Below, piece by piece: positions 51,871 through 64,000 of a stretch of DNA of 64,000 bases. Origin of the DNA: Chrysemys picta bellii (lineage: Eukaryota). The position numbers and the translations under genes are program-made. Location of the stretch: assembly GCF_011386835.1 (NCBI RefSeq), contig NC_088795.1, forward strand, positions 120,218,001 to 120,282,000, given 5' to 3'. Position 1 is the stretch's first letter. Each line of letters opens with the position of its first letter. Under the pieces are notes generated by a model. The model was not told the DNA's origin and ran no database searches. It was given only the letters and a program-made list of their open reading frames with translations.

Positions 51871-52057
51871 GGAGATATTCTAAATACCAAGTACCAGGTG
51901 GACCTTGGAGATGGCTTTAAGGCAATATATGTGAACCTCACAATGACAGGGGAACCCATTCGGCACCGTTATGAGAACCCTGGGATTTACCGTGTCTCAG
52001 TCAGGGCGGAGAATGTTGCCGGGCATGATGAGGCAGTGGTGTTTGTTCAAGTTAATT
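51871..52057 (+). CDS. SORCS2: SORCS2 exon (187 nt, phase 0 to 1): GDILNTKYQVDLGDGFKAIYVNLTMTGEPIRHRYENPGIYRVSVRAENVAGHDEAVVFVQVN, PKD-like domain
   Basis: Acceptor cttctgctag|GGA, donor T|gtaagt. PKD-like motifs DLGDG and H.Y..PG.Y.V.V.A.N are present. Confidence 0.95.
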
Positions 52058-52305
52058 GTAAGTTGTGCTGTTTTGTTTTTCTCTGGTTTCACTTTTGCAG
52101 CTTCACAACAACTTGATGATAGCTACGGGGCAGTGATTTCCAGAAGAAATTATGTTAAAGATATTATCACCAAAATACATTTCTTTGAATTTCCTCATGC
52201 AGTAGTGCACCTGCTGCACATGGTTAATGCGGATAATTGTAAATGTGGGAGGGTATTACTAAATCAAAGGGAGACTTGACTTTAAAGGGAAGCATGGTCT
52301 AGTGA

Positions 52306-52412
52306 AAAGCAACAGAGGGTCCTGTGGCACCTTTAAGACTAACAGAAAAAGGTGCCACAGGACCCTCTGTTGCTTTTTACAAATTCAGACTAACACAGCT
52401 ACCCCTCTATTA
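52306..52412. mobile_element. Shortest palindromic Penelope-derived insertion (no hammerhead segment)
   Basis: Arms aaaagcaacagagggtcctgtggcacctt and aaggtgccacaggaccctctgttgctttt. Tail cagactaacacagctacccctct. 13-bp TSD catggtctagtga at 52293-52305 and 52413-52425. Confidence 0.85.
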
Positions 52413-54665
52413 CATGGTCTAGTGATTAGATAGCTGGAGCATCTAAGACAGGAATAGGGGTATCTGAGTTCTAATCCCAGCTTTGACAATAATTTCCTCT
52501 ATGGTTTCAGGTACCATTTTCAATCTTGGGTGGTTAAATTTAGGCACCTAAATACATATTCAGATACCTAAGTGACCTGATTTTCAAAGGTGTGGAGACG
52601 ATGTCTTCTCTTCCCTGATTTTCAGAAGTCTCAGATCAGTGGGAGCAGTAGGTGCTCCTTACTTCTGAAAATCAGATCATTAGTTAAGGTGCCTGAATCT
52701 AGATTTAGTTGCCTAATTTTAGCTACCCAAGTTTCAAATGTTGGCTTCAGTGTATATTGACTTAACTGCATATTGCAGTGAGAATGTGCAGTATCACATG
52801 AAATAGACCATTTATTTTTCTTTTAATTAAAACCAAAATAAAAACCATCAACTAGAATTCAAAGAAAAGAAACAGCAGTGCACCAGGAACAGCATGCTCC
52901 ATCAGAGGTTTAATGTACCTCAGTCAATTCATAATTGAAATAAAGCAGGCAGCTCACCACTGGAACTGCATTTTCCTCCCCTTTCAGAACTCATAAGAGC
53001 TGTTGCTTCTCCTGTTCTTAGATAGGTCAAATAGAAACCTAGAAACAAATCATATCGTCAAAAAAGGCAGGTTACTCCTCTTGTGTTCTCCAAGTACTAG
53101 CTTCAGGCTTTGGGGAGTGGGATGGATGGCCTCCATCATGAATCCTGGAACCAAATAGAAAGCAGTAAACATTGGAGCCTCTGCAGAGATTGGAACTTTT
53201 AGTGCAAGTCGATAGAAAATGGACAGTGGCTCCAGCTACCCATATTTCCCTTCTGTTAACCAGAGTCTTTGAGATGCAGCATTGCCTAGTAATTAATGCA
53301 AATGACGGGGAGTAAAGAGATCTGGGTTCTATTCCTTCCTCTGCCCTGACTGGCTGTCTGATCAGTTAGGGCCCTATCTTGCATCCATACAGATTAATTG
53401 CAAAATTCCCACTAAAAGCAAAGGGAGCAGGATTAGGCCCTTAAACTCATTGCCTCAGTTTCATTATCTATTTTTTTAAAAATTGAGGTAGTAACCTTTC
53501 CTTACCACGTAGTGTTCTCAGGTTTAATTCAGTATTTGTCAGGTGCTTAGATGCCAAGCTGATAGATTTGATAAACAGAGGCAGGGAAGGAGAGTGGGTG
53601 AGTGTGGTCTGTAGAAGCAATATATGCCTGCTGTGATAGGTGAGTAACTTTCCTTTCTCCATTGAGAATTGCCCCACTCTTGGGAGACCGACGAGCAGTA
53701 AGAACCCCTGAAGGAGGGCTGAAGGATTGCCTTCCCAAAATGTCCCTCTGATTTGGCTCCTATATCGGGAGATGAGTGATGAGTGAAGGATGTAAATGAA
53801 GTTTCATGTGGTGGATTTACAAATGGCATAGGGGGAGGTATTTCTCAAGCGTAAAATGAATGCTATATCTAATCTGGTATTGGAACACTAATTTGATTAG
53901 GATTGAGTACAAAGGCTGATCCACTAGGATAATCTCTAAACTGATTTTGAGTCCCATCCCCCCTCGTATCTCGCTCCTTATTCCCATTGGACTTTTACCC
54001 AGTGCCACAAACAATCTTGGAGTTTTATGAAAGTATTTTGTCTTGTCCAGGGTCAATAGATACTTTACATCTGATTTATACAGTCCTGGTAAATTGTGAG
54101 GTTTGAGGAAGATGGCCAGGACTAATTAAAATGGAATTTGGAAATTCTGGAGTAATTTAGGTTGTGGGCTCAGAAACACCTTATTCCGTGGAATATCATG
54201 AAAGTAGAATAAGCCATAAACACCAATATCTCAAAATTCTTTTTACCTGATGTAACAGTTAGGAGGAATGCAGTTTGGAGGGACAGAGGGCAAAAGCAGA
54301 GTTCATGAAACTTGTCAATACTAAACTCAAACCCCATGAATAGGAAAAATCCCAAATTGCAGGACAGATATGCACCAGATCTTTAAAGAAACGTTTCATA
54401 GTAGGATGTACCAAAATTATGGTTCTCTGATCCAGAGGATAAGAAGCTGCAGCTGGTACCAGGGGCTAGAGCAAGGCTCAGTTCTTTGAAAAAGCAAATA
54501 CTTGGACCAGAGTAAAGGGAATTGTGGAACATAGGCATACCCACAGTGAGTGTGAATTGGATGTGAACGGGCAATGATGTCATTAGTGCAAAGAGGGTAC
54601 GGAAAGGCTCAGAGTGATGTCTGGATTGAGGCTAACGGCTCTGAATGACAAAGAGATGTTTAGAG

Positions 54666-54887
54666 CAGTGGTCTCCAAACTTTTTTGATTGCGCACCCCG
54701 ACCAGTAAAAAAATTTTGAGCACGCACCCACTGCCGCGCCAGCTCTACCATTTTTGCCAAAGCAAAAAAAAAAAAAAGCCACTCAGACTCCCGCCCAAAC
54801 TGACGAAGCAACTCTTCCTGCCACACACCCCCAAGGGTCTTCTTGCACATCCCCTGGGGTGCACGCACCCCACTTTGGAGACCACTG
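54666..54887. mobile_element. hAT-type MITE
   Basis: Perfect TIRs cagtggtctccaaa and tttggagaccactg. Perfect TSD gtttagag at 54658-54665 and 54888-54895. Confidence 0.88.
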
Positions 54888-55826
54888 GTTTAGAGTACAG
54901 AGAGAAATGATAGGATGGATTCATTATATATAATAACTTAATTGATGTTTGTAAAGCACTTTGGGTTTCTGAAATGGAAGGTGCAATATAAGTAAAAAAA
55001 TAAGTGTTAAACGCCTCCAAGCTTTGAGTGCTTTTCTGAAACAAATATAACTCATGCCTCCTATAAAGATTTTCTTTCAATAATATTATTTTAGTAAACA
55101 TTTTTATGGTCCAAAATACAATGAGACTAGTGAGACCCCAATACAGAAATTTTAAAGTGATGCAGTTTTTATACACTGCCTGCAAAGTATAGCCTCACTA
55201 GGTAAAACTTCAGAAAGGAACAAATTTACTCTAAGAGCACGTGTTTAATATACAGAAGTTATACATTTAAATTTGCAAATCAATTAGCTTCTAATAGACA
55301 GCTTTTTAAAGTATGTATTTATTGGATATTTTGCTGAATATTAGCCTGACTAAAAAAAAACAGCGAGGAGTCCAGTGGTAGCCTGACTGCTGATACTTTG
55401 TAATGAAAATGAACAGTCAGCATCATTCTTCTCAGATTTTGCCTTAAAAATATCAGAGGCCTGGTAGAATTTCCATCAATTTTATCTTTGATTACTTTCC
55501 TTTTCCGTCTTTTTTTTTAAACTGTTGCTAAATTTACTTATGATCTTCTATGTTAGACGTGCACAAGAAAGACTCATGCAGGTGCACCAATAAATCACAT
55601 TGCTCTGGATTTTTATTTGTGACCTCCTTCGTTTAATTAAAATGTCCAGAACATACCTTCAGCTCTTTTCATTGATGCATGCAGAAAACAGGGAGGGAGA
55701 AAAATAAATTCAGGACCTTGTTCTGTGCAGGTGAGACTGCTGCAGAATGCTGAACAAGAGAAAAACCAGAGGCATTCAATAAATTGATGGATTCTTGATT
55801 AATGGCCTTTTTGGAACTCTATTCAG

Positions 55827-55960
55827 CTCCACTGCAGGCTTTACATCTAGAAGTGGTTCCAGTCATTGGGAGAAACCAGGAGGTGAATTTGACAGCCATC
55901 GTATTGCCCAAGAACCCTAACTTGACAGTCTTCTACTGGTGGATAGGAAACAATCTTCAG
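55827..55960 (+). CDS. SORCS2: SORCS2 exon (134 nt, phase 1 to 0): (S)PLQALHLEVVPVIGRNQEVNLTAIVLPKNPNLTVFYWWIGNNLQ
   Basis: Acceptor ctattcag|CT, donor CAG|gtacac. Phase consistent with both neighbours. Confidence 0.94.
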
Positions 55961-58137
55961 GTACACACGAGATTTCATTGGAGATTTTTTTTCAGCCTCT
56001 CTTCAATAAGGATTATGTCTAATGCCTATTCCTTTCAGGAAAATACTCTCCTGGTATACATGACATTTTGCAGAATACCTTCTATTTCAAACAGTCTGTT
56101 AAACCATCTATTAGATGTTATTTAAACCCCATTAAGTGATCATGAACTTTCTCTATTGTTCCTTTCCCATTATTGCTATTTTTGTTATTCATTTTTTATT
56201 GATTTTCATAAACAAACAAAAATACAAAAATATAAATGACTTGTGGTTTGTATATGTTACAAAGTTCCACACATTTCACAGGATAGCCAATAGAATTGTG
56301 CAATTTAAACAGCTTTATAGTTTGTCAAAGTTGAAAAATCAGACAATAGCCCAGACATAAGATGTTAGGGTGGTGGTAACTATAATAATAATAAGACACA
56401 AAGAAATAGGCAGGAAAGGGAAGGAGGAGACCTCAGGTATAACAGAAGTCTGGCATTATTTGAGCCATCTCAGAATTCTTTATCCAAAAGTATCAGAAAA
56501 AGGGTCCAATTTTTTTGAATTCATATTATTGTTCTCTACGTCAGTAGGCTGTTCTTTCTTTCGCTGCTTACTCAGACAGGTTCAAATACCAGTGCTCTAT
56601 TTTGGGCATAAACTTACTCCTCCATTTTTGTAAAATTACACATTTGATAATCATTGCAGCCTTCAAGAACCAAAGGCTTGGTGGTGGAGTTAAATCCAGC
56701 GTAGTAGGTACATAACCTAAGGTATAATTCTCACCTGAGGATTGGTTGCTGAAATCAAGCACCATTTTCAATCTTGTGTCCACCTGACCATTGGACAGTC
56801 CCATAACATATGCATCAGGTTTCCTTTTTCTTTATTAGTGTCAACAAACTTCAGAGGACAAGGGCCTCCTCTTCCACAACCTCTGTGGTGTCCATTATTG
56901 CTATTTATGTGTAAATGGAAATTTCTCATTTAGAATCGGGCTACTTCTCCAGACCATTTCCTTTAGTGGAGTCACAGTTATGTTGCAATTCTCCACCTTT
57001 AAGGAAACTGTGATGTAATGCATTTGGGATTATGGCATCAGTGAATTATGAGAGCTTCTATTTATGTGATCATTAGCATAGATGGGAATTGAAATACTGC
57101 ACAGAAATATATATTTCTGACTAAGTCTGTTTCTGTGATGTTATATTCTTTACAGTTTGTTATAGAGGGATGAAGTTAAGTCTAAAAAGGCGAAGACAAA
57201 AAAGGTGCTCATACACTATAATTATGGTCATAGATGGGTAGATAGGTTAGATACATGGATCATAAAACATTAAAAATCTAAATATTTCTACTGGGACAGG
57301 ATTATTCTCTTCTGTTCATTTGGGCTAATTATCTTTTAAAATAATTATTTTTAAATGTCTGAGCGCAATGTAGTGCTCATAAGAGAGAGACTAAGATTAC
57401 TGCTTGAGGGAGGAATAGTTCAGACAAGCACCATACACCAGTACATTATTCTAGTCTTGGGTCTTTCTTGAGCCCGGAATGCAGATCAAGTGATATTGTG
57501 TGGTGGATCTGTGATGTGCACAAATATGGACTAAGCACCTAATTCTGCAAGGTACAGAGCACCTCAGGTCCTTTTGACATCTTTGGGAATTGCAGAAGTG
57601 CAATAGTGCACCTGTATGGATCGGGCACTAAAATCAGGCCACAAAATTAATTTAATTGTAACTGATGATAGAATCTGAACTCAGGTGTGTAGAGGGGAAA
57701 GACCTATGCACTGAGGGCCTGACCCAGAGTCCAGTGATGTCAATGGGAGTCTTTATAGTCATTTCAGTGGGCTTTGGATCAAACCCTAATAGTCTCTCAA
57801 TTATATTAGGAAGAGGATTTGCTCAGTCTTTAAAAATGTGTGTCCCTTAACTTTGTAATTCCAAAGTCAAACATTAGATTTTGAACACTGTTTAAGTATA
57901 TTTTATATGCATTTTCTGAATGAAGGATTATTTTAGTTTTCAAGTATCCAACATAGGGCAAGCATACCTGGTGGTAGAGAATTGGAATTCGCTGACTTGG
58001 CTAACCATTGATTAAAATCACAGAAAAAAATCAATTTATTATTTGATCCTTCCAATATATTTCAATCACTAGTCCTTCACACACATTTCTTCCGTAATTC
58101 TTCCTAACATTTTTTTTTAATTTTCCTTCTTTTTTAG

Positions 58138-58261
58138 CCACTTCTCACTTTGGACAGTTTTTTGGTGACAAGATTTGCTGAGACAGGTGAGGTGAGAGTT
58201 ACAGTGCAGGCCTCCTGTGGGAACTCCATGCTGCAGGATTCCAAGATTGTCCGAGTTTTTG
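58138..58261 (+). CDS. SORCS2: SORCS2 exon (124 nt, phase 0 to 1): PLLTLDSFLVTRFAETGEVRVTVQASCGNSMLQDSKIVRVF
   Basis: Long pyrimidine tract ending tttttag|CCA, donor G|gtgaga. Confidence 0.94.
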
Positions 58262-59939
58262 GTGAGATAATTTTACTCCCTCGTATTCTTTTGTCCATTG
58301 CATGTACTTGTATGTACTTTACAATTGCCCTTAGAGACCAGATCCTATTGTGAAATTTTATCCAATGCCATGTTAAACTTCTAAACTCAATACACTAATC
58401 TGATCTGTAATGAAACTCCATTGAAATGAACAGAGAGAGGCTAAGGAAGAATTTGACCTGTATCCCTTCTAGAAAATGCTACCATGTTATTCCAAAGCAC
58501 TACAGATAACAGTTGTCTTAAAGCAGCATTTTGGGCCATAACTGTAGAATACTATAGAACTTATATGTTTTTATAATATTTTTAGTCATTCTGTTGATCT
58601 TACTACAGAAAGAATAATGTGAGGGGAGAGAAGTTCAGTAGGGCACATACTTTTATTGTAAAAAACTTGAAAGAATTTGCCTGTTGTGATAACGCCTTTT
58701 TGCTTAATGATTTGGGCATTTCTCGAGGAGTTTGGATTAGAAAGAGCTGCTGAAAAATGTTAAATTACCCTTTTGCTAACGTGCTGCATTGTATCACAGT
58801 GTATTTTGCTGTGCCGTGTAATGTGCTGACGAGGCCTGTTGTACCATGAAAAATGTAAGAAGGAAGAGGAAATATTTAAACTTGTATATCTGCTGTCAAA
58901 TCTGGGTATCAGGGATATCTAATAAGTCTTACTTTGCTAAGGTTTGCAAATATGGAGAGCTAAAAGCTTCATATATCCTGGGGACACACAGAATGATACT
59001 TAGCTATTGTCCTAATATTCCAAACAGACTTTTTGCTTGTAATATGCTTTTTTAATATAACATAATGGTAAACACCAAGATTCAAGCTAAATAGAGCATT
59101 TGTAAACCTCTTGCCCTCTAACAAATGGATTTTATGAATGCCTGTGATACCATTTATAAATCCATCAGCTTTTTAGAAAGCTTTAAAAATATAACCCCAT
59201 TAGCATGGCTTGTAAGCCTATCATGCTTCTTACTTTTCATTACTGCAGCTGCTGTTAATATTGGCAAATCCTGAGTCAAAGACCAACGGGGCATTGGGGT
59301 TGAGGAAAATAAAGACACCCTTAGAAAAAATAAATATAAAAATATGATTCTGTCTAAACTGCCCAAGAGATCACGTTTGGATCATTCATGCATTCCAAAG
59401 GATCTCTTTCTCTGCTTTGCATTAGGTTCTTCAGGTATGCTTCCAAGGAGCCTGTAGGGAGAAAGGAAAGAATACAGAGTCCTGTTTACTAAGAAACTGT
59501 CAATTTCTAGTATTTCAGTTATTTTTGGATTATATTCATAGAAATGTTGGGAGTGTAGCTTATTTATTCTTTTAAACAATGCAGTAGTTAGCCATTGCCA
59601 TATCATTTCTGTTCATATTTTCACAGCTAGATTATAGAAAACATAAAGAAGTATTCGTTTTGCATGAAAAAAGGAAAATGCAGTGGGCAAGAACCAGATG
59701 TTTATGATTCAGTAAGAATCAAGTCCATAGAATCATGCCTATTTAAAAACAAAAGAAACCACAGCTTTATGTGTGCTGTAATATCTTAATGAAAAATTAC
59801 TGAAAAGATAATTATCAGTGGAGTATATGAAACTTGACTTAATGTTTTCCATGTTGCCTTTGATTGGTGGCTAGAAATATTTAGACATAAGATGCTGGGA
59901 AAGTGGGGAAAATACAAAATCTAGTATTGGTCCATGCTA

Positions 59940-60075
59940 CTTAGATTGTAAACTCCTTGGGGCAGGAAGTGTCTTTTATTCTGTTTTTGTACAGCACCTA
60001 GCACAATGGGGTCCTGGCCTGCAAATGAGTCTTGTAAGAGCTTCTAAAAATACAAAGAATAATAATAATAATTAA
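59940..60075 (+). repeat. L2/MIR-type 3' tail relic
   Basis: tagattgtaaactccttggggcagg...tgtacagcacctagcacaatgg followed by an (AAT)n end. Similar copy at about 51690-51810. Confidence 0.55.
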
Positions 60076-60180
60076 TAATAATGCTAACAAAGCTTTTTTC
60101 CAGAGTTATTATTTTCTACAAAACTGTTTTTCCCCAGTTCTCTTTGAATTGTTCAAAAATGTTTCTTTTCCTGTTTCCAG

Positions 60181-60293
60181 ATCATTTTCAAGTTCTTTCT
60201 CTAAAGTTTACTAAACATCTGGACATGTACAACCCCAACATACCAGAGTGGAGGGAAGACATAGGCCTGGTAGTAACACGACTTCTTGCAAAG
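60181..60293 (+). CDS. SORCS2: SORCS2 exon (113 nt, phase 1 to 0): (D)HFQVLSLKFTKHLDMYNPNIPEWREDIGLVVTRLLAK
   Basis: Acceptor ctgtttccag|AT, donor AAG|gtgctc. YNPN.PEWRED.G.VV motif. Confidence 0.93.
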
Positions 60294-60797
60294 GTGCTCT
60301 CTCAGTTTGCTCATAAACTGCTCCTTCTCCAGTCATAAAGTTGAAGGTTAAGTTAATGCCTTCCCATTTAAAAAAAACGAGGCAGGGCAGAACAATAAAA
60401 CTATCCCCATGAGCGACATTTAGAAGCAGTTTGAGACCAGTGTCACTTGTGTATACAGGCCATAGATTACATTATTGCAATACTGTCAATTTATTTCCAA
60501 CACAGCCTAATTGGGAATTAACAATAAATACTCCTCTCAAGGATTTTGGGGCCAGGTGGAAATATTAACAAATAGTTTGACTTTGTGAAAAAAGTGTAAC
60601 ATGAATGTGATGTAGTTAGGGGTTACACAAAGGGTACTATAATATACAACATTTAGTCTTTGATTGTTTTTTTTTTTAAATAATAATTTACAGCTTTGCA
60701 TGTGTAACTCTGAAAATTACAGAAAAGATGTAAGGAATTAATTTGCTGCAGCCACTTTATGTAGATTGGAGGTACGGACAAGACTTAGATTCAGATT

Positions 60798-60975
60798 CAG
60801 TGCTTAATTTGTGCTAGAGCTTACTAGGGCTGAGTCCCAGACCTCTAGGCTTGGCAGTTCATAGCCCCAGTACCTCTGGGCTTGCCGCATCAGTTATGAA
60901 CACAAAAAAATTGCTTGAGTCTCGGCACCTACTTGCTTGAGCCCTGGCACCTCTTTCATTACAAATTAAGCACTG
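60798..60975. mobile_element. Older hAT-type MITE
   Basis: TIRs cagtgcttaatttgt and acaaattaagcactg. Degenerate TSD ttcagatt/ctcacatt. Confidence 0.7.
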
Positions 60976-62134
60976 CTCACATTTGAACTCTGAATTGTCC
61001 TGTAGATTACTTAAGTCAAGCTTCACATAACAGCATTGTAACATGAATAAAGAGTAATGCCATTAAGGTAGGGAGCACTTGAGCAATAATATTCAGGTGC
61101 ACACACTGCCAGAGATAAGCGCATATTGAATTCTGTCGAGGAGCGTATCAATAGGTATTTACCCAGAGGTAAATATTTATAGAAATAGTTATCACCAAGG
61201 AAACACAGAGCCATATTGTCAAAGGGCCCCCAGTGAAGTCAGTGAACTTACTCTGGATTTGCACCAGTATAAACCAGATCAGGATTCTGACATTCTATTT
61301 TACACCTGTTTCACCCCAGTTTATAACCCCAACACCTACTAAATGCCAAATAGAGTGAGTTCCATTAATCACACATATCAACTTCTACCCATTTCATAAT
61401 GTACATCTGCCTGATGGGTGTCTTCCCTCCTTCCCTTCTCCCCCACCCCCCACCCCACCAATCAAATTGGCTCACATCTTAACTTTTAATAAATCATATA
61501 CAAGAAGTTAGATACAATTATATGGATTTTCAGATACTTTTTAACCTAAGGACTATGAGATTTGACCAGTGTTTTTCATTAAAATCTCACAACAGCCTTC
61601 CTATATATATCACTCAACACAAGAATTTGTGATGAATGGTAACATTTTCAAAAGTGATGATATCATTTAGAAGCCTAAGTTCTACTGAATTTCAACGAGA
61701 CTTAGGCTCCTAAGTGTCTAAGTCACTTTTGAAAATGGAGCTTGTACTTCTAAGACACTTAGGTGCTTTTTGAAAATTTTATCTTGGAAGATTACATGCT
61801 CACTGCACAGTTGTGGTAAACCTGCAAACCACTTAGGCTTCAGTTCACTTTCCCATGACATCCATTAGAGCTCTTTGATATGTGTGATAACACTTCTAAT
61901 TTTCAAAGAGCTTTTCAAATCTCTGCTAATTAATGTAAGGTTATGTGCAGCTTTCTAGCTTCCAGTGACTTCCGTAGAATTCTCTCTACATATTAAAAAT
62001 CTTAACACCAAAGACCAGATCCAGAAAACCATATGTGAAAGTAGCTATATATTTTATTAATTTTTTTGTATAATACTGACAGTATAAAGTTAGCGTACAG
62101 GCCTGTAAATCTGTGCATGTCTTTGTCTCTGCAG

Positions 62135-62260
62135 GAAACTAATATCCCTGAAGAAACACTGGTGACAGTGGTGAAACCTGGTCTGCCCACAACTGCTGAT
62201 TTGCTCGTGCTGCTTCCAGCAGACCAGCCAAAGCGGAAGAGAAGTATAACTAGTGACAAG
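62135..62260 (+). CDS. SORCS2: SORCS2 exon (126 nt, phase 0 to 0): ETNIPEETLVTVVKPGLPTTADLLVLLPADQPKRKRSITSDK
   Basis: Acceptor gtctctgcag|GAA, donor AAG|gtaacc. Contains the juxtamembrane RKRS motif. Confidence 0.94.
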
Positions 62261-64000
62261 GTAACCAGAACAATCTGTGTCTGATTAGGGCCAAATCTTC
62301 ATCCCATTGAAATCAGTGACAATACTCCTACTGGCTTCATTGCTGGGCCTTACACACCTAAATGTCATCCACCCTACTTCTTGGCATGACCTACGTAAGG
62401 GCTAGCAGCAATTGCGGTCCTTGTCTTTAGTAGAGTGCAGTGCCTGCTCCTTCCCTGTGCACCCTGGGATGGAATCTACCCAAAGGCAACAGGAAGAGAG
62501 CAGGCCATGGTCTTGCCTCCTCCTCTAGTCCAGCCCATAATGTGGGGTGGCATGTAGTGGGGAATATGCTGCAGTCCCTGAATTCCTCTCCAAGCTCCTC
62601 CAGGGACAGAGTGTCTCTATACCAGCTTGTTCTCTGAGCTGTGTCCATTTGCACAATCCAACCCCAAATGGTATCAAAATATTTTTCAGGGATGGCTAAT
62701 ATTTGTCTGTTGTTACATCAGCAACTAAAGTGATAACATATTGGTCTATAATGATCCAGTAGATTAAAAGTCTCTAATCAGGAGTACAAGCCACTGTGGA
62801 AGCCACTTATTTAGAACATTAACATTTTTGATTAGAGGAGAGGAATCCTCCTCACTGACTTCAGAAATACATTAGACCTCAGATCCTACTGACTCAAGAC
62901 TTTAGGATTTGGCCTATTACATGAAGAGCAGGTGGTTTCTGCCCTAATGGTCAGGAAGCTTATTCGGGTACTGAGGCAACAGGAGCAAAGAGTTTAAATG
63001 CAACAGGATAAAGCTCAAATATGAGATTTCCCCCATCTCCCATGTCCAAGCGAAATCTGCTCAGTGGGAAGGGGTTCTAGTTCAGTAGAAAATCAAAATT
63101 TGTCCACTGGCCCTACCTCTAATTTATAATTTATGACATTATGTCTTTTTTTCCATAAAATGAATGTCTCAGCTCTGCACCAGTTTTGAGTTTCAAGCAT
63201 TATCAGTTAAAAGGAGTTATCATTTAAGAAATCATTAGTTTTAAAGAGACTAGTTCAGGAGGGCAATATGTTACAAATAAGAAGGTTCAAAGAATAGGCC
63301 ACAATATCCATCTAGCCAGAGTGTGTCTACTGGTAGGCAGGCCCAAGGTCCCTGGCAGCATGGTAAAAGACCTCGTTCATGGAATTGCCTAAAGAGGCGA
63401 ATCTTAAAGTATTTTGATGTGGCTTCTGAGTATTCGAGCAGGAGACTTTAAACTTAACTGTTAACTTTCAGAATTGGGTAAATTAAGATTGAGAATGGTC
63501 CTAATGCAAGAAAAACATCCTTAGTCTCCCCCTGTCATCTGAATGTGAAGTTCTGGAAGACTGAAGTCACAATTAATTTCCAGAAGCACTGTATTTTAAT
63601 AGATATTTCAGAAAGCCCTATGCCAATTGTGGTTTGCAGCCAGGTGGGTGTCATCACTTGAAACTCTTAACTTCTTTGCTCCTTTTAAGGAATGAGATGC
63701 TGATTTATAATGAAAGTCTATCTTTCTGTTCCAAGTTTATGTGGAATGGACTTCTTCAGTAGTTAAAAGCAACAGATTAAGGCAGACCTGTTTGTTTGCT
63801 TTTTTAAAAAAACGACCTAAATTTATTCAGATTAGCTGCCTTCAAATCTCAGCTATTATTAGTGGTCTGCTTCCAGGCAGCTTCAAGAATATCATCAGTT
63901 GCATTCAATGCTGCCTCAGTGTTTACATGGTCAGATCTGAACCACCCTTCCAGATATTCCAAGAGGAAAGACATGAAGGGCTACACTGAGCTGCTAATGA

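Noticed and set aside
62261-64000. Downstream SORCS2 exons including the transmembrane segment
   Set aside because: No matching peptide or hydrophobic exon seen. Presumably beyond the window end.

Overview
Vertebrate genomic DNA, most likely a turtle (inferred from the repeat families: tRNA-headed SINE with CR1 tail, Penelope, DIRS and GC-rich hAT MITEs). The window lies inside SORCS2 (VPS10-domain receptor) on the + strand. Twelve consecutive internal coding exons (11131-62260) have canonical AG/GT sites and consistent phases. They encode the end of the VPS10 beta-propeller, the Cys-rich 10CC region, the PKD-like domains and the juxtamembrane basic KRKR/S site. The 5' exons and the transmembrane exon were not found in the window. 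The introns hold many transposon relics: about ten hAT-type MITEs with 8-bp TSDs, two defective DIRS tyrosine-recombinase retrotransposons, a Penelope (GIY-YIG) fragment, CR1 and SINE pieces, and LTR-like segments. There is one 193-N gap. Main observations: (1) short palindromic Penelope-derived insertions carry a minimal hammerhead ribozyme fold supported by covariation, and every recognisable complete core lies antisense to SORCS2; (2) a 60-nt frame-preserving candidate cassette exon appears to take its branch point from an adjacent CR1 tail. All calls were made by eye, without alignment or database searches.
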